The notes: generated by a model not told the origin, from the letters alone. DNA of 64,000 bases from Nitrososphaeria archaeon (GCA_029775855.1 JARVJZ010000001.1:300519-364518), one strand, 5' to 3'. Shown: positions 18,685 through 30,277, counted from the stretch's first letter. Program-made: numbers and translations.

Positions 18685-21600
18685 GAATCTCACATAGAGA
18701 ATTGAAAGTATGCCATTTATCATTTGCTTGAATTTCGTTGAAACACGAATCTCACATAGAGAATTGAAAGTTTATTTTGCTTAGAATTGTGGGCAAAAAC
18801 GGTTTAAGCGGGAATCTCACATAGAGAATTGAAAGATGGTGTAGGCGGTTCAGAGCCTAATATGTCGCTGTATAATGAATCTCACATAGAGAATTGAAAG
18901 TACTGTAGCCACCATGTTAGCGGGTATGCTAACTGTAGCGAATCTCACATAGAGAATTGAAAGTTTGTGGTTGTGATTGTGATTGGGGTTGTGGTTGTGA
19001 TGGAATCTCACATAGAGAATTGAAAGCCATCCGTTGAATGGGTCATACCACTCCCAGCGTGAGTGGAATCTCACATAGAGAATTGAAAGCCCTCTACTCG
19101 AGGGCGTTTCGGTTTATAAAATGGTGATGGAATCTCACATAGAGAATTGAAAGTCACTACTTCGACTGACGGACGCGGTGGACCGATTCGAATGAATCTC
19201 ACATAGAGAATTGAAAGAGAGACCTATTACATAGCGGTTACCAGAAGCTGGGTCTGGGGAATCTCACATAGAGAATTGAAAGTTTTTTAGTTGTTCTTTT
19301 AATTGTTTAAATTCTTCTGATGGAATCTCACATAGAGAATTGAAAGCTGCTGCTTGTCCTGCTCTCTCCACCGTAAAGTGGAGAGAATCTCACATAGAGA
19401 ATTGAAAGCTGACAAAGACAGGGAGTCATTGATTCTCTTACAGAAACTTCTGAATCTCACATAGAGAATTGAAAGTTCTATTGCTGATTTTATTTTGGGT
19501 AGTTCCGTTTTTTCAGAATCTCACATAGAGAATTGAAAGATGACATCCTTGGTAGTAAAGACCAATGGCTCTCCTATTGAATCTCACATAGAGAATTGAA
19601 AGGTTGCGTAAGGTTACGGTTAAAATCAGTGAAGATGTTGAATCTCACATAGAGAATTGAAAGTATAATGCGGGTAGCGGTTGGATTGGCTATGAGCCAT
19701 ACGAATCTCACATAGAGAATTGAAAGTAGCGAAGGCTGATGCGCTGCGGGAAAAGAGCTTAACGGGAATCTCACATAGAGAATTGAAAGATAAAATAGTT
19801 TCTCGGCACATCACTCAAGTTTTTGTTAAGGAATCTCACATAGAGAATTGAAAGTAGTAGTAGCTGATTCGCTCTATAATAAAAGAATAGAATCTCACAT
19901 AGAGAATTGAAAGATATGCTTCACGAAGGGGTAGCTTCTATGCTTCACCTTCGGAATCTCACATAGAGAATTGAAAGTTTTCACCGCGTGCTTCTCCACG
20001 ACCCGCCCTTCTGGGTCAGAATCTCACATAGAGAATTGAAAGGGTATATCAACCTTATAGTATTCATAATCATACTCCACTCCGAATCTCACATAGAGAA
20101 TTGAAAGGCTCCACCAGCCAGAGCCCAATTCGCTGGCAAAAGCTTTGGAATCTCACATAGAGAATTGAAAGGTTAGAATAAGGCACTGAATAAATTTGTT
20201 TTTGTTGTATGGAATCTCACATAGAGAATTGAAAGCGATGAAGAGGATTTTCAGCTGCTTAAGCAGCTGAAGGGCAGAATCTCACATAGAGAATTGAAAG
20301 TGCCTACAGGCGGGAGACTCCGAAAGATGCTGTATGTATGAATCTCACATAGAGAATTGAAAGTTTATTTCGCTCAACGCACCACCACCGAAAACTCATC
20401 CAGAATCTCACATAGAGAATTGAAAGTCGTCTTAATCCCCACCCTTCTTTTTTTCTTTTTTTGTTGAATCTCACATAGAGAATTGAAAGTAGCTAACGCT
20501 ACCAATACGCCTACTCCCGCTAAGAGAATCTCACATAGAGAATTGAAAGCCAACCTCTATGAGATCTTTGGCGCTAAGATCAGCAGAGAGAATCTCACAT
20601 AGAGAATTGAAAGTACGTGAGCCTTGTCTTAAAACGCGTTGCGCATTATACGAATCTCACATAGAGAATTGAAAGAAGGCTTTGGGTGCGGGAATACATA
20701 CTCGACCAAATAGCTGAATCTCACATAGAGAATTGAAAGGCTGTCTTACCGTCAAACAAATAAGCCAACCCACCCGCGAATCTCACATAGAGAATTGAAA
20801 GAAAAGTAAGGTGATGGACTAACGACCTCCTTCTCATTCTCTTGAATCTCACATAGAGAATTGAAAGGAGGTTATGGGTCAGGGAGTATATCCTTGACCA
20901 AATAGCAAGAATCTCACATAGAGAATTGAAAGTCTACCTCAGGAATTGTAGCTGTTGTCGCCGATTTGAATCTCACATAGAGAATTGAAAGTTTAGGGAA
21001 GGCCATCGGCTGATCTTCCCATTAGCGCATCGAATCTCACATAGAGAATTGAAAGTAAATATGGTTGAGAAAATTGGACTTGATCTAAAATGGTGGGAAT
21101 CTCACATAGAGAATTGAAAGAAGATGACATCCACATTCCAAATGCTACCCGACGAATTGAATCTCACATAGAGAATTGAAAGATACTGAATAGGACGCAG
21201 AAGAAACTTCTTCGGGCTTAAGGAATCTCACATAGAGAATTGAAAGAACGGAATTAAATCGCTTAACCGTAAGAGATCTGATGGTGAATCTCACATAGAG
21301 AATTGAAAGTACCACTCGAAGCGGCGGTGGTATTCGCACTTTAAGGAATCTCACATAGAGAATTGAAAGTTAGAGTTGATCTCTTCTGCACGAGCAGAGA
21401 GCAGCTTTCGAATCTCACATAGAGAATTGAAAGATTCTAGGCTCGAAAGTTGCCACAGCGGAAAACGGATGTAGAATCTCACATAGAGAATTGAAAGGCA
21501 TGTGAAGCGGGCAATCAGCGTCTCTCTCAACTTCTCCAGAATCTCACATAGAGAATTGAAAGTCGAGAGCGAGTGCAGCCGATTATACTTCAGCTAGAGC

Positions 21601-23784
21601 GAATCTCACATAGAGAATTGAAAGGCTATCTCTCTTTTGTCTATCATTATGACTGAATCTGAGAATCTCACATAGAGAATTGAAAGACCCAGCAGACTAT
21701 CTAGACGATGATTTACTTACCTAGAATCTCACATAGAGAATTGAAAGCACCGAGGGTGAATAGTAGAGGTCTTCGACTTTAGCCGAATCTCACATAGAGA
21801 ATTGAAAGTACTTGGTTATTTTGTGCGTAGGCAACACCTTAAACTCGAATCTCACATAGAGAATTGAAAGGCATGTGAAGCGGGCAATCAGCGTCTCTCT
21901 CAACTTCTCCAGAATCTCACATAGAGAATTGAAAGTCATAATATTTGCTACGAACCCGCCTGAGTTCAGCGGATTGGAATCTCACATAGAGAATTGAAAG
22001 TTGAGAAAGTAAAGTTTGTATCCAGACTGAGCGTGGTTTTGAGAATCTCACATAGAGAATTGAAAGTTGGTTCAAAGAACATTATCGTAATCTACCACCG
22101 GTAATTTTGAATCTCACATAGAGAATTGAAAGTTAGCAGATTCCCTATTAGCCGATGATATCTGAGTTTCGGAATCTCACATAGAGAATTGAAAGTTCTC
22201 AGCTCTCTTAGCTTCAGCTCTAAGCTTTGCATCATGAATCTCACATAGAGAATTGAAAGCCAGCTGTAGGTGCGCAGGTAGCTGGGCCGAATAGCCAGCG
22301 AATCTCACATAGAGAATTGAAAGACAATATTTTTACTGTTTTGAAGGAAAAGGTGAGTACGAATCTCACATAGAGAATTGAAAGCAATCTTCTTTCAACT
22401 GACCACCAAATTGATACCCATCATACTGCAGAATCTCACATAGAGAATTGAAAGCTGAGCTAGAAAACATAGACAAAGAAATAGCAGCCAAGAATCTCAC
22501 ATAGAGAATTGAAAGTAAAAACTAAATCTAAACCATTTTCTGTTATAAAGTTTCCTGAATCTCACATAGAGAATTGAAAGACAAACTGCCCATCCAGTGA
22601 TGTGGGCGGATCAATTATTCGAATCTCACATAGAGAATTGAAAGTTTTTACTATAGCCTGATACGATAATAGCCTGATACGATAATAGAATCTCACATAG
22701 AGAATTGAAAGAGCTGTCTTTTGAACGCAGTACGCCACAACCTTAGCTGGAATCTCACATAGAGAATTGAAAGCTCCTATCGCAACTGCTGATGCTGAAC
22801 CGCTCGGCGCCGTGAATCTCACATAGAGAATTGAAAGTATTTTTCGTCGATGAGTTTAACCCATTTAACGTGCCTCGAATCTCACATAGAGAATTGAAAG
22901 CCACTATTTGAAGCACCACTAACATTATCGCTTGGAGCAGAATCTCACATAGAGAATTGAAAGTAGATGACATTAATGACATTAGCAGACCTACTGATGA
23001 CAGAATCTCACATAGAGAATTGAAAGCACTCGACCCGTCAGCTCCTTTTTGTCAATTTGCTTTAGAATCTCACATAGAGAATTGAAAGTACAGACGCAGC
23101 AACAGGTCAAAAAGTCTCTAAGCAAGAATCTCACATAGAGAATTGAAAGTCACTCATCAAACATCATCCTTTTCTTTGCAGTATTGAATCTCACATAGAG
23201 AATTGAAAGAATACAGGCGCATACAAGCAGTTTGGCTCACCCTGGAATCTCACATAGAGAATTGAAAGAATTCGGAAAGATATTTCGTAAGTCAAAAATT
23301 TTGAATTTGTGAATCTCACATAGAGAATTGAAAGACCGTGGTCTTCAACGCCCCCACAGCAACCTCCGGAACCGGAATCTCACATAGAGAATTGAAAGCA
23401 AAGCTGAAGGTAAGTTGCGATGTTGACTAGGCTCTGAATCTCACATAGAGAATTGAAAGTATCTACTCACCAACTTTTAGAATAAGCCCCTGAACCATCC
23501 AGAATCTCACATAGAGAATTGAAAGGTGAGAACCTCTTTGATTTGCTCAGCGTCGAGCTTTGATAAAGAATCTCACATAGAGAATTGAAAGCCTTTTTAG
23601 AATTTCTTCGACTATTTTCATCTAAGATTCTCGAATCTCACATAGAGAATTGAAAGGACTTCTAATGCTAGTGGTGTTTATTCAAGTTTAGTAAATTTAG
23701 AATCTCACATAGAGAATTGAAAGTTGTGTGTTAGCGTCGTGTCTTGTTGGCTTTCAGAATGAGTTTCACATAGAGGGTTGCAAG
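18685..23784 (+). CRISPR. CRISPR array: 24-bp repeat GAATCTCACATAGAGAATTGAAAG, about 80 identical repeats plus one degenerate terminal repeat, about 80 spacers of 35-46 bp
   Basis: Manual count; terminal GAGTTTCACATAGAGGGTTGCAAG at 23761-23784; repeat ends in ATTGAAAG, typical of archaeal class 1 (I-A/I-B/III) arrays. Confidence 0.99.
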
Positions 23785-23862
23785 AAATTATCGCTACACA
23801 AGAAAACAGTATTATTAAAGCACCTTTTTAAGCTGAAATATAACCTTCTACCATCTAGTGAC

Positions 23863-26133
23863 ATGTTGACCCGCCTTCGCATCCTAATCAAAGGTGTCGT
23901 CCAAGGTGTAGGCTTCAGACCCTTCATCTACCGAGCAGCCACAGAGAAAGGGTTGAAAGGGTATGTAAAAAACCTAGGAGACGGCACAGTCGAAATACTC
24001 GTGGAGGGTAAAGACGGCATACTAAAATCCTTTATAGACGACATCCATCTTAGAAGACCACCTCTATCAAAGATATACGACCTTAAGATCGAGGAAGTAG
24101 ATGCTGAACCTCCTCTACCAACATTCACCATCCTCGAAAGCTCAAAAACGGGCTTCGAAAGCGGCTCCATAATACCAGCAGACGTCTCAATCTGCAACAA
24201 CTGTCTACAAGAACTCTACAACCCAAACGACAGACGCTACAGATACTTCTTCATAACCTGCACAGACTGCGGACCAAGGTTCACAGCCATAGAAGAAATG
24301 CCATATGACAGACCAAACACAACGATGGCAGAATTCCCTATGTGCAAAGAATGCAGAAGAGAATACACAGACCCCTTAAACAGAAGATTCCACGCCCAAA
24401 CGATAGCTTGCAGCATCTGTGGACCAAAAGTCTTCCTAGCAGATAAAAGAGGCGAAATTATAGACTGCAGAGATCCGATAGAAGAAGCAGCCAAGCTAAT
24501 AGACGAAGAAATGATCGTTGCAGTCAAAGGAAACGGCGGCTTCCACCTTGCAGTAGCAACCACCAACCCAACACCTATCTTAAGGTTGAGAAGAAGCAAA
24601 CACAGAGCCCAAAAACCCTTCGCTATAATGGCTAAGAGCATAGAAGTAATAAAGACATTCGCAGAGGTCTCAAAGAAGGAAGAAGAGCTTCTACTCTCAC
24701 ACATAAAACCCATCGTGCTACTGAAAAAGAGCAGCAACTACTACCTCGCTGAAGAAATCGCCCCAGGCTTACACAACATCGGCACCATGCTACCATATAC
24801 AGCCCTACACTCCCTCCTACTCAACGCAACAAAAGAGCCAGCCCTCATAATGACGAGCGCCAACCCCTCTGGAGAACCCATAATCATCGACAACAAGGAA
24901 GCCATCACGAGACTCAACAGCGAAGTAGACTACTTCCTACTCCACAACAGAAAGATCGCACATAGATGCGACGACTCAGTAGTCAAGTTCATCGACGATA
25001 AACCATCCCTAATCCGAAGATCCAGAGGCTATGCACCAGAACCCGTTGAGCTGAAATTCCAACCAAAAGAATCAGTCCTTGGACTAGGCGGAGAGCTTAA
25101 CGTCACTTCGTGCATAAACGTAGCACACAGAGCATACCTAACCCAACACATAGGCGACATAGAGCACCACAACACCTACCTATTCCTAAAAGATGCAATC
25201 AAACACCTAACAAGGCTCATAAGGGCGAAAATAAGCAAAGTCGCATGTGACCTACACCCAGCATACCTAACCACAAAGCTGGCTGAAGAAATGGTGCAAG
25301 AGCAAAACCTCCAACTCATAAAAGTGCAGCACCACCATGCACACATAACCTCAGTTATGGCTGAATATGGATTAGACGAAGCAATCGGAATCTCAGTAGA
25401 CGGAGCGGGCTACGGAGCAGACGGAACCATCTGGGGCGGTGAAGTGCTCTACTGCACATACAACCAATACAGACGCCTAGCCCACCTCCAACTACATCAA
25501 CTTCCAGGAGGAGATCTTGCCACAAAGTACCCTATCAGAGTAGCAGCCGCTATACTCTCACACTCAAACCGCCACAAAGAATGGCTAAGCTCCGTAGCAC
25601 ACAAACTACCATACGGAGAAAAAGAAGCCGAAGTCATACTAAAGATGATTGAACAAAAACGCAACCCTAAAACCTCAAGCTGTGGTAGGGTACTAGACGC
25701 CATCTCAGCAATACTTGGAATATGCTATGAGCGTACATACGAAGGGGAACCAGCCATGAAGCTTGAAGCAGCAGCCCAAAATGGGGAAGACGTGTTAAAA
25801 GTAGCACCAGTCATAAAAGGCAACATATTAGAGACCTCAATAATAGTAGAGCAGATACTTGACAACCTAAAAAGATACCACATAAAAGACCTAGCATACT
25901 CTGCAGAAGAATATCTAGCCAAAGGCCTAGCAGAATTAGCCATAAACCAAGCAGAAGAGCTCAAAGTGAAGAGCATAGCCCTCTCAGGCGGCGTAGCATA
26001 CAACCAACACATAACAACCACCATCAGAAACCTAGTTAAAGGAGCTCAACGTATATTTTATACGAACATGCTCGTTCCACCAGGGGATGGAGGCATATCA
26101 CTTGGGCAAGTAGCCGCTGCCTGCTACATTTAA
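23863..26133 (+). CDS. hypF: Hydrogenase maturation carbamoyltransferase
   Basis: GVVQGVGFRPF, two Zn fingers, RRSRGYAP, QHHHAH, GDGGISLGQ; start moved to ATG 23863 because the longer ORF overlaps the array. Confidence 0.96.
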   Translation: MLTRLRILIKGVVQGVGFRPFIYRAATEKGLKGYVKNLGDGTVEILVEGKDGILKSFIDDIHLRRPPLSKIYDLKIEEVDAEPPLPTFTILESSKTGFESGSIIPADVSICNNCLQELYNPNDRRYRYFFITCTDCGPRFTAIEEMPYDRPNTTMAEFPMCKECRREYTDPLNRRFHAQTIACSICGPKVFLADKRGEIIDCRDPIEEAAKLIDEEMIVAVKGNGGFHLAVATTNPTPILRLRRSKHRAQKPFAIMAKSIEVIKTFAEVSKKEEELLLSHIKPIVLLKKSSNYYLAEEIAPGLHNIGTMLPYTALHSLLLNATKEPALIMTSANPSGEPIIIDNKEAITRLNSEVDYFLLHNRKIAHRCDDSVVKFIDDKPSLIRRSRGYAPEPVELKFQPKESVLGLGGELNVTSCINVAHRAYLTQHIGDIEHHNTYLFLKDAIKHLTRLIRAKISKVACDLHPAYLTTKLAEEMVQEQNLQLIKVQHHHAHITSVMAEYGLDEAIGISVDGAGYGADGTIWGGEVLYCTYNQYRRLAHLQLHQLPGGDLATKYPIRVAAAILSHSNRHKEWLSSVAHKLPYGEKEAEVILKMIEQKRNPKTSSCGRVLDAISAILGICYERTYEGEPAMKLEAAAQNGEDVLKVAPVIKGNILETSIIVEQILDNLKRYHIKDLAYSAEEYLAKGLAELAINQAEELKVKSIALSGGVAYNQHITTTIRNLVKGAQRIFYTNMLVPPGDGGISLGQVAAACYI

Positions 26134-26150
26134 CATATAGGTGAATCGAA

Positions 26151-26387
26151 ATGTGTTTAGCTGTTCCAGGCTTGGTGTTAAGCAAGGAAGGTACACATGC
26201 TAAAGTAGATTTTGGAGGGGGTATAATTAGAGAGGTTAACATCTCTCTTGTTGATGTTAAGGTTGGGCAGTATGTGATCGTGCACGCCGGCTTTGCGATT
26301 CAAGTCATGGATGAGGATGAAGCGAAAGAAACGCTCGAATTATGGCGGCAAGTGTTTAACCTAGATGAAGAGGAGCAGAGCGTATGA
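26151..26387 (+). CDS. hypC: Hydrogenase maturation chaperone
   Basis: MCLAVPG, YVIVHAGFAI. Confidence 0.97.
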   Translation: MCLAVPGLVLSKEGTHAKVDFGGGIIREVNISLVDVKVGQYVIVHAGFAIQVMDEDEAKETLELWRQVFNLDEEEQSV

Positions 26388-27490
26388 CCTTCAAATTATC
26401 AGATCAACATACAGCCAAACATATCTTAAAAAAGATTAGAGAACTTAACCTAAACCTAAGGATCATGCATGTCTGCGGCACACACCAAGACACCTTAGTC
26501 AAACATGGGTTAGACACCCTTCTTCAAGAATGTAATGTCGAAATGAGACAAGGACCTGGCTGCCCAGTCTGTGTAACACCTCCAAGAGAGTTCGAGGAAG
26601 CCAAAATCTTAGCTAAAGAAGGATGTGTAATAGCGGTATATGGCGATGTTATAAGGGTTCCAGTGGAAGGGGGTTCATTAGCAGACCTTAAAGCAGAAGG
26701 ATACGACATACGCATCGTCTATGGCGCAGAAGACGCTGTTAAAATCGCTAAAAAAACACATAAACCTGTTGTCTTCATGGCAATAGGATTCGAAACTACC
26801 GCGCCAAGCACAGCTTCAGTATTGCTTAATGAGCCGCCTGAAAACTTTTATGTGCTATCATGCCACCGCTATGTTCCACCAGCCTTAGATGCTCTGCTTG
26901 GAATGGGTGAATTGAAGATCGATGGGTTAATAGATCCTGGGCATGTAAGCGCGATTATAGGTCTTAAACCTTATGAATACCTCTCGGAGAGGTATCATCT
27001 CCCTCAAGTAGTTTCAGGGTTTGAGCCCCTTGATATGTTGGTTGCCGTGTTGATGATAGCGCTTCAGATAAAAAAAGGTGAAGCTAGGGTTGAAAACGAG
27101 TACAAGCGTGTAGTAAAGTATGAAGGAAACATTAAGGCTCTGAAGATCTTAAATGAAGTCTTCCAGCCTTCAGATGCTGTCTGGAGGGGCTTAGGTCTCA
27201 TAAAGGATTCTGGTATGAAGATTAGAGGAGTATTCGAAGACCACGATGCGAGGCAAGTCTTTGAAGACAGGCTTAAGGTGCTTGACTCTATTGAATTCAA
27301 AGAGCCTTTTGGATGTAGGTGCAGCGAGGTTATACGGGGTCTACTTTACCCACAGGAATGTGTTTTATTCGGTAAGGTGTGCACACCAACCAGACCCATT
27401 GGACCTTGTATGGTTTCGGTTGAGGGTTCGTGTAATATTGAATACAAATATGGTAGGTTGAATGTTAAGTTGTCTTCTAACAGATCCTAG
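26384..27490 (+). CDS. hypD: Hydrogenase maturation protein
   Basis: HVCGTH, GPGCPVCVTP, GFETTAP, PIGPCMVSVEGSC. Confidence 0.97.
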   Translation: MTFKLSDQHTAKHILKKIRELNLNLRIMHVCGTHQDTLVKHGLDTLLQECNVEMRQGPGCPVCVTPPREFEEAKILAKEGCVIAVYGDVIRVPVEGGSLADLKAEGYDIRIVYGAEDAVKIAKKTHKPVVFMAIGFETTAPSTASVLLNEPPENFYVLSCHRYVPPALDALLGMGELKIDGLIDPGHVSAIIGLKPYEYLSERYHLPQVVSGFEPLDMLVAVLMIALQIKKGEARVENEYKRVVKYEGNIKALKILNEVFQPSDAVWRGLGLIKDSGMKIRGVFEDHDARQVFEDRLKVLDSIEFKEPFGCRCSEVIRGLLYPQECVLFGKVCTPTRPIGPCMVSVEGSCNIEYKYGRLNVKLSSNRS

Positions 27491-28529
27491 GGACTGGGTC
27501 TCCTATAGGTGGTGGGATTATTCTCTTACCTCCTACTTTTGTCTTTAAGACTACTTCTTTGAAGTTGCTTGTTGCTTCACCTATTATCTCAGCTTCCCTT
27601 CCTTCTGGTGTTTCACGGAGTGCTGCTAAGACTTCTTCAGCCTTCTCTTTAACCACGCCTACTATCATCTTACCCTCATTCCCAACATCATAGGGGTCTA
27701 TTCCGAGCATCTCACAAGCAGCCCTAACATTCTCATGCACAGGAATCTTCTCCTCCTCTACAAGAATGCCTACTGCTGATTTTTCACTCCACTCGTTTAA
27801 AGCATTTGATAATCCACCCCTCGTTGGATCTTTTAACGCGACAACACCCCCAGTCTCAAGGATCTTCTCTACTGCTTTGTTCAACGGCTTGACATCAGAG
27901 CATACATTTCCTTCGAAGCCGTAGCCTTCTCTGCTGGAAAGAACAGCTATACCATGGTCTCCAACCGCACCAGATAATATGATCTTATCTCCAGCTCTAA
28001 TATTCGAATCTAAGAGCCACCTTGCTTCAAAGGCTCTGTATCTTTTTACAACCTCGATATTTCTATCTAAAAATCTGCTGCGCCGACCTATCCCTGATGT
28101 GTTTATGACGAACTTATCTAACGCGCCTTTTTCAACCACTTTTGTGTCTCCCGCAACAATAAAGACACCAGCCTCTCTGCAAGTCTCTGCCATACTCTCA
28201 ACGATCTTGGTCAAGTCATCTAACGGGAAGCCTTCTTCCAAGATGAAGCCAGCTGTCAAAGCTAGGGGTTCACCTCCAACCATACATATATCGTTGACTG
28301 TTCCTGATACAGCAAGCCTACCTATGTCACCTCCTGGAAAGAAGAGCGGCTTGACGGTGTGGGAATCTGTCTTCAAGACTATGTTATCAACAACAGCAGC
28401 ATCATCAAGGGCTTCAAGAGGCACTTCAACTCCGCTTCCACCTAGCCTACTCACTATGAGCCTCTTGATGAGGCTCTGCATAACCGAGCCTCCAGCCCCA
28501 TGCGCCATAGTCACAAGCTTACTTGCCAT
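27477..28529 (-). CDS. hypE: Hydrogenase maturation carbamoyl dehydratase
   Basis: MAHGAGG, FFPGGDIG, DPTRGGL, C-terminal PRIC. Confidence 0.97.
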   Translation of the reverse strand: MASKLVTMAHGAGGSVMQSLIKRLIVSRLGGSGVEVPLEALDDAAVVDNIVLKTDSHTVKPLFFPGGDIGRLAVSGTVNDICMVGGEPLALTAGFILEEGFPLDDLTKIVESMAETCREAGVFIVAGDTKVVEKGALDKFVINTSGIGRRSRFLDRNIEVVKRYRAFEARWLLDSNIRAGDKIILSGAVGDHGIAVLSSREGYGFEGNVCSDVKPLNKAVEKILETGGVVALKDPTRGGLSNALNEWSEKSAVGILVEEEKIPVHENVRAACEMLGIDPYDVGNEGKMIVGVVKEKAEEVLAALRETPEGREAEIIGEATSNFKEVVLKTKVGGKRIIPPPIGDPVPRIC

Positions 28530-28648
28530 CCTCTCACTGCCCTATCATGATATGGGTCGCAGATATAGAACTTAACTGTTTAGTAATCTATGAAGCTGGT
28601 TTACCGAGCTTCCCACATTATAATATTCTGAGGAATAGCAATTGTAGA

Positions 28649-29023
28649 CTATGGGATTACCATCTTTATGGCTTTGATTCTGCACTCAAGGCCTTCTTTG
28701 ATCTTAACCGGCTCACCGCATTTAGGGCAAGATAGGGATACCGCCCACAATCCCAGTTCATCATCGCTTACTTTGCCTATTGAGCCTATGTAGCCGCAGC
28801 TGCTGCACTCTACTTTGGGTTCTTGCTCTGTTATCACAAGTCTCGACCCTTTTAGGATGTTATCTCTTTTTAGGATGTTGTAGCAGAAGGTTAGTTGTTC
28901 TTTGCTGAGGTGTGTGAGTCTACCTACTATAAGATGCACGCTTTTAACTTGCTTAGCACCTCTTTTTTCAGCCTCTCTTATAGCGACTTTCACTATTTCA
29001 CTAGCTACAGATAGTTCGTGCAC
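28649..29023 (-). CDS. hypA: Ni metallochaperone
   Basis: MHE N-terminus, CSSC..CPKC. Confidence 0.95.
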   Translation of the reverse strand: MHELSVASEIVKVAIREAEKRGAKQVKSVHLIVGRLTHLSKEQLTFCYNILKRDNILKGSRLVITEQEPKVECSSCGYIGSIGKVSDDELGLWAVSLSCPKCGEPVKIKEGLECRIKAIKMVIP

Positions 29024-29035
29024 GGTCTTCTCCCT

Positions 29036-29743
29036 TTAAAGCCCTATTGCTTTAACTACATCTTCCACTCCTTCGCCAGTTTTACAGCTTGTCTTTACAA
29101 CTTTAAGGCTAGGCTTTATGGTGTGGATGTCTTTTTCTATCTTAATAGGGTCTACATTCATTATTGGTGCTAAGTCGATTTTGTTTATGATCGCAAGGTC
29201 GGCTTCAGCGAATATGTATGGGTGTTTGACGACCATATGCTCACCTTCACTCACGCTTATCACTACTATCCGCTTTTCACACCCTAAGGGGAAGTCTGCG
29301 GGGCATATGAGGTTCCCAACATTCTCAATAAAGAGCACATCTATGTTGCTTAAATCAAGTCTTGTTAGAGCTTTTTTAACTAAGTTTGCATCTAGATGGC
29401 ATTCTTTTCCAGTGTTTATCTGAAGAACCTTAGCGCCGTGTTTACCTATACGCTCAGCATCTATCGTTGTCGCAGCATCCCCTCCAATCGCAGCTACCCT
29501 ATACTTACCCTTAAGCATCTGCACAAGCCTCTCGATAAGCGATGTCTTACCAGAACCAACAGAGCCCATTATGTCGAATGACCTAATGCCATACTTAAGT
29601 AAGGTTTTAGCGTTTTCATCGGCTAACTTCCGATTCGCTTCAAGAATGTCTTCCTCTAACTCGACATCGAAGATCTCATCTGGCTCAGGCTTAATCACAG
29701 CATCTACATCCAAGCAGCATTCCTCCAACTGGAAGCGACACAT
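29036..29743 (-). CDS. hypB: Ni-incorporation GTPase
   Basis: GSGKT, ECHLDA, ENVGNLICPADF, NKID; start uncertain. Confidence 0.95.
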   Translation of the reverse strand: MCRFQLEECCLDVDAVIKPEPDEIFDVELEEDILEANRKLADENAKTLLKYGIRSFDIMGSVGSGKTSLIERLVQMLKGKYRVAAIGGDAATTIDAERIGKHGAKVLQINTGKECHLDANLVKKALTRLDLSNIDVLFIENVGNLICPADFPLGCEKRIVVISVSEGEHMVVKHPYIFAEADLAIINKIDLAPIMNVDPIKIEKDIHTIKPSLKVVKTSCKTGEGVEDVVKAIGL

Positions 29744-29800
29744 AAAATATTGTTAAACTAAGATATATCTGCTTCCCATTTTCTTTACAACTCTGCATAT

Positions 29801-30277
29801 CTAAGGATCTAAAGCCAGTCTAGCAGCTAAAGCTGCAGCCTTTGGAATAGATTCCACAACCTCATTAGACATCTCGGTACAAACCTCGTTAGGTAAATAG
29901 CCAACGATGCATGCTACTATGTAGATCTTTACACCCATAGCCTCTAACTGAGCAAGCATATCTCTGTTAGGAAAAGTATGTGATGGTGATACGCTCCTAT
30001 GGTCAGGCACATCTTGTACACCAAGAACTTTTACCTCTCCGATTGTTCCCTTCTGCTGTAAGGCATCGACTAATATGAGTTTAGTTGGTTTCTCTTCTTC
30101 CGAGAGTATGTTAAGCAGAACTTGTGAGATGCCTAAACCAACATCTAAAACCTCAACTTCTTCCTCGCTTACAAGATGTTCTTTAATTATATACTCGACA
30201 ACCTTAGGTCCAAAGCCATCATCTCCTCTGAATATATTCCCACAACCTAAGATTAATGGCTTATTTCTAATACGCAT
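29801..30277 (-). CDS. Hydrogenase maturation endopeptidase (HycI/FrhD-like)
   Basis: GCGNIFRGDDGFG, LVDA, SH. Confidence 0.92.
   Translation of the reverse strand: MRIRNKPLILGCGNIFRGDDGFGPKVVEYIIKEHLVSEEEVEVLDVGLGISQVLLNILSEEEKPTKLILVDALQQKGTIGEVKVLGVQDVPDHRSVSPSHTFPNRDMLAQLEAMGVKIYIVACIVGYLPNEVCTEMSNEVVESIPKAAALAARLALDP

Noticed and set aside
18529-22982. Short minus-strand ORFs with repeated LSILYVRF or FNSLCEI
   Set aside because: They are translations of the CRISPR repeat.
18685-23784. Self-targeting spacers
   Set aside because: No match to this window noticed by eye; not exhaustive, needs BLAST.
23728-23862. 45-aa N-terminal extension of HypF
   Set aside because: It overlaps the last spacer and degenerate repeat; homology starts at ATG 23863.
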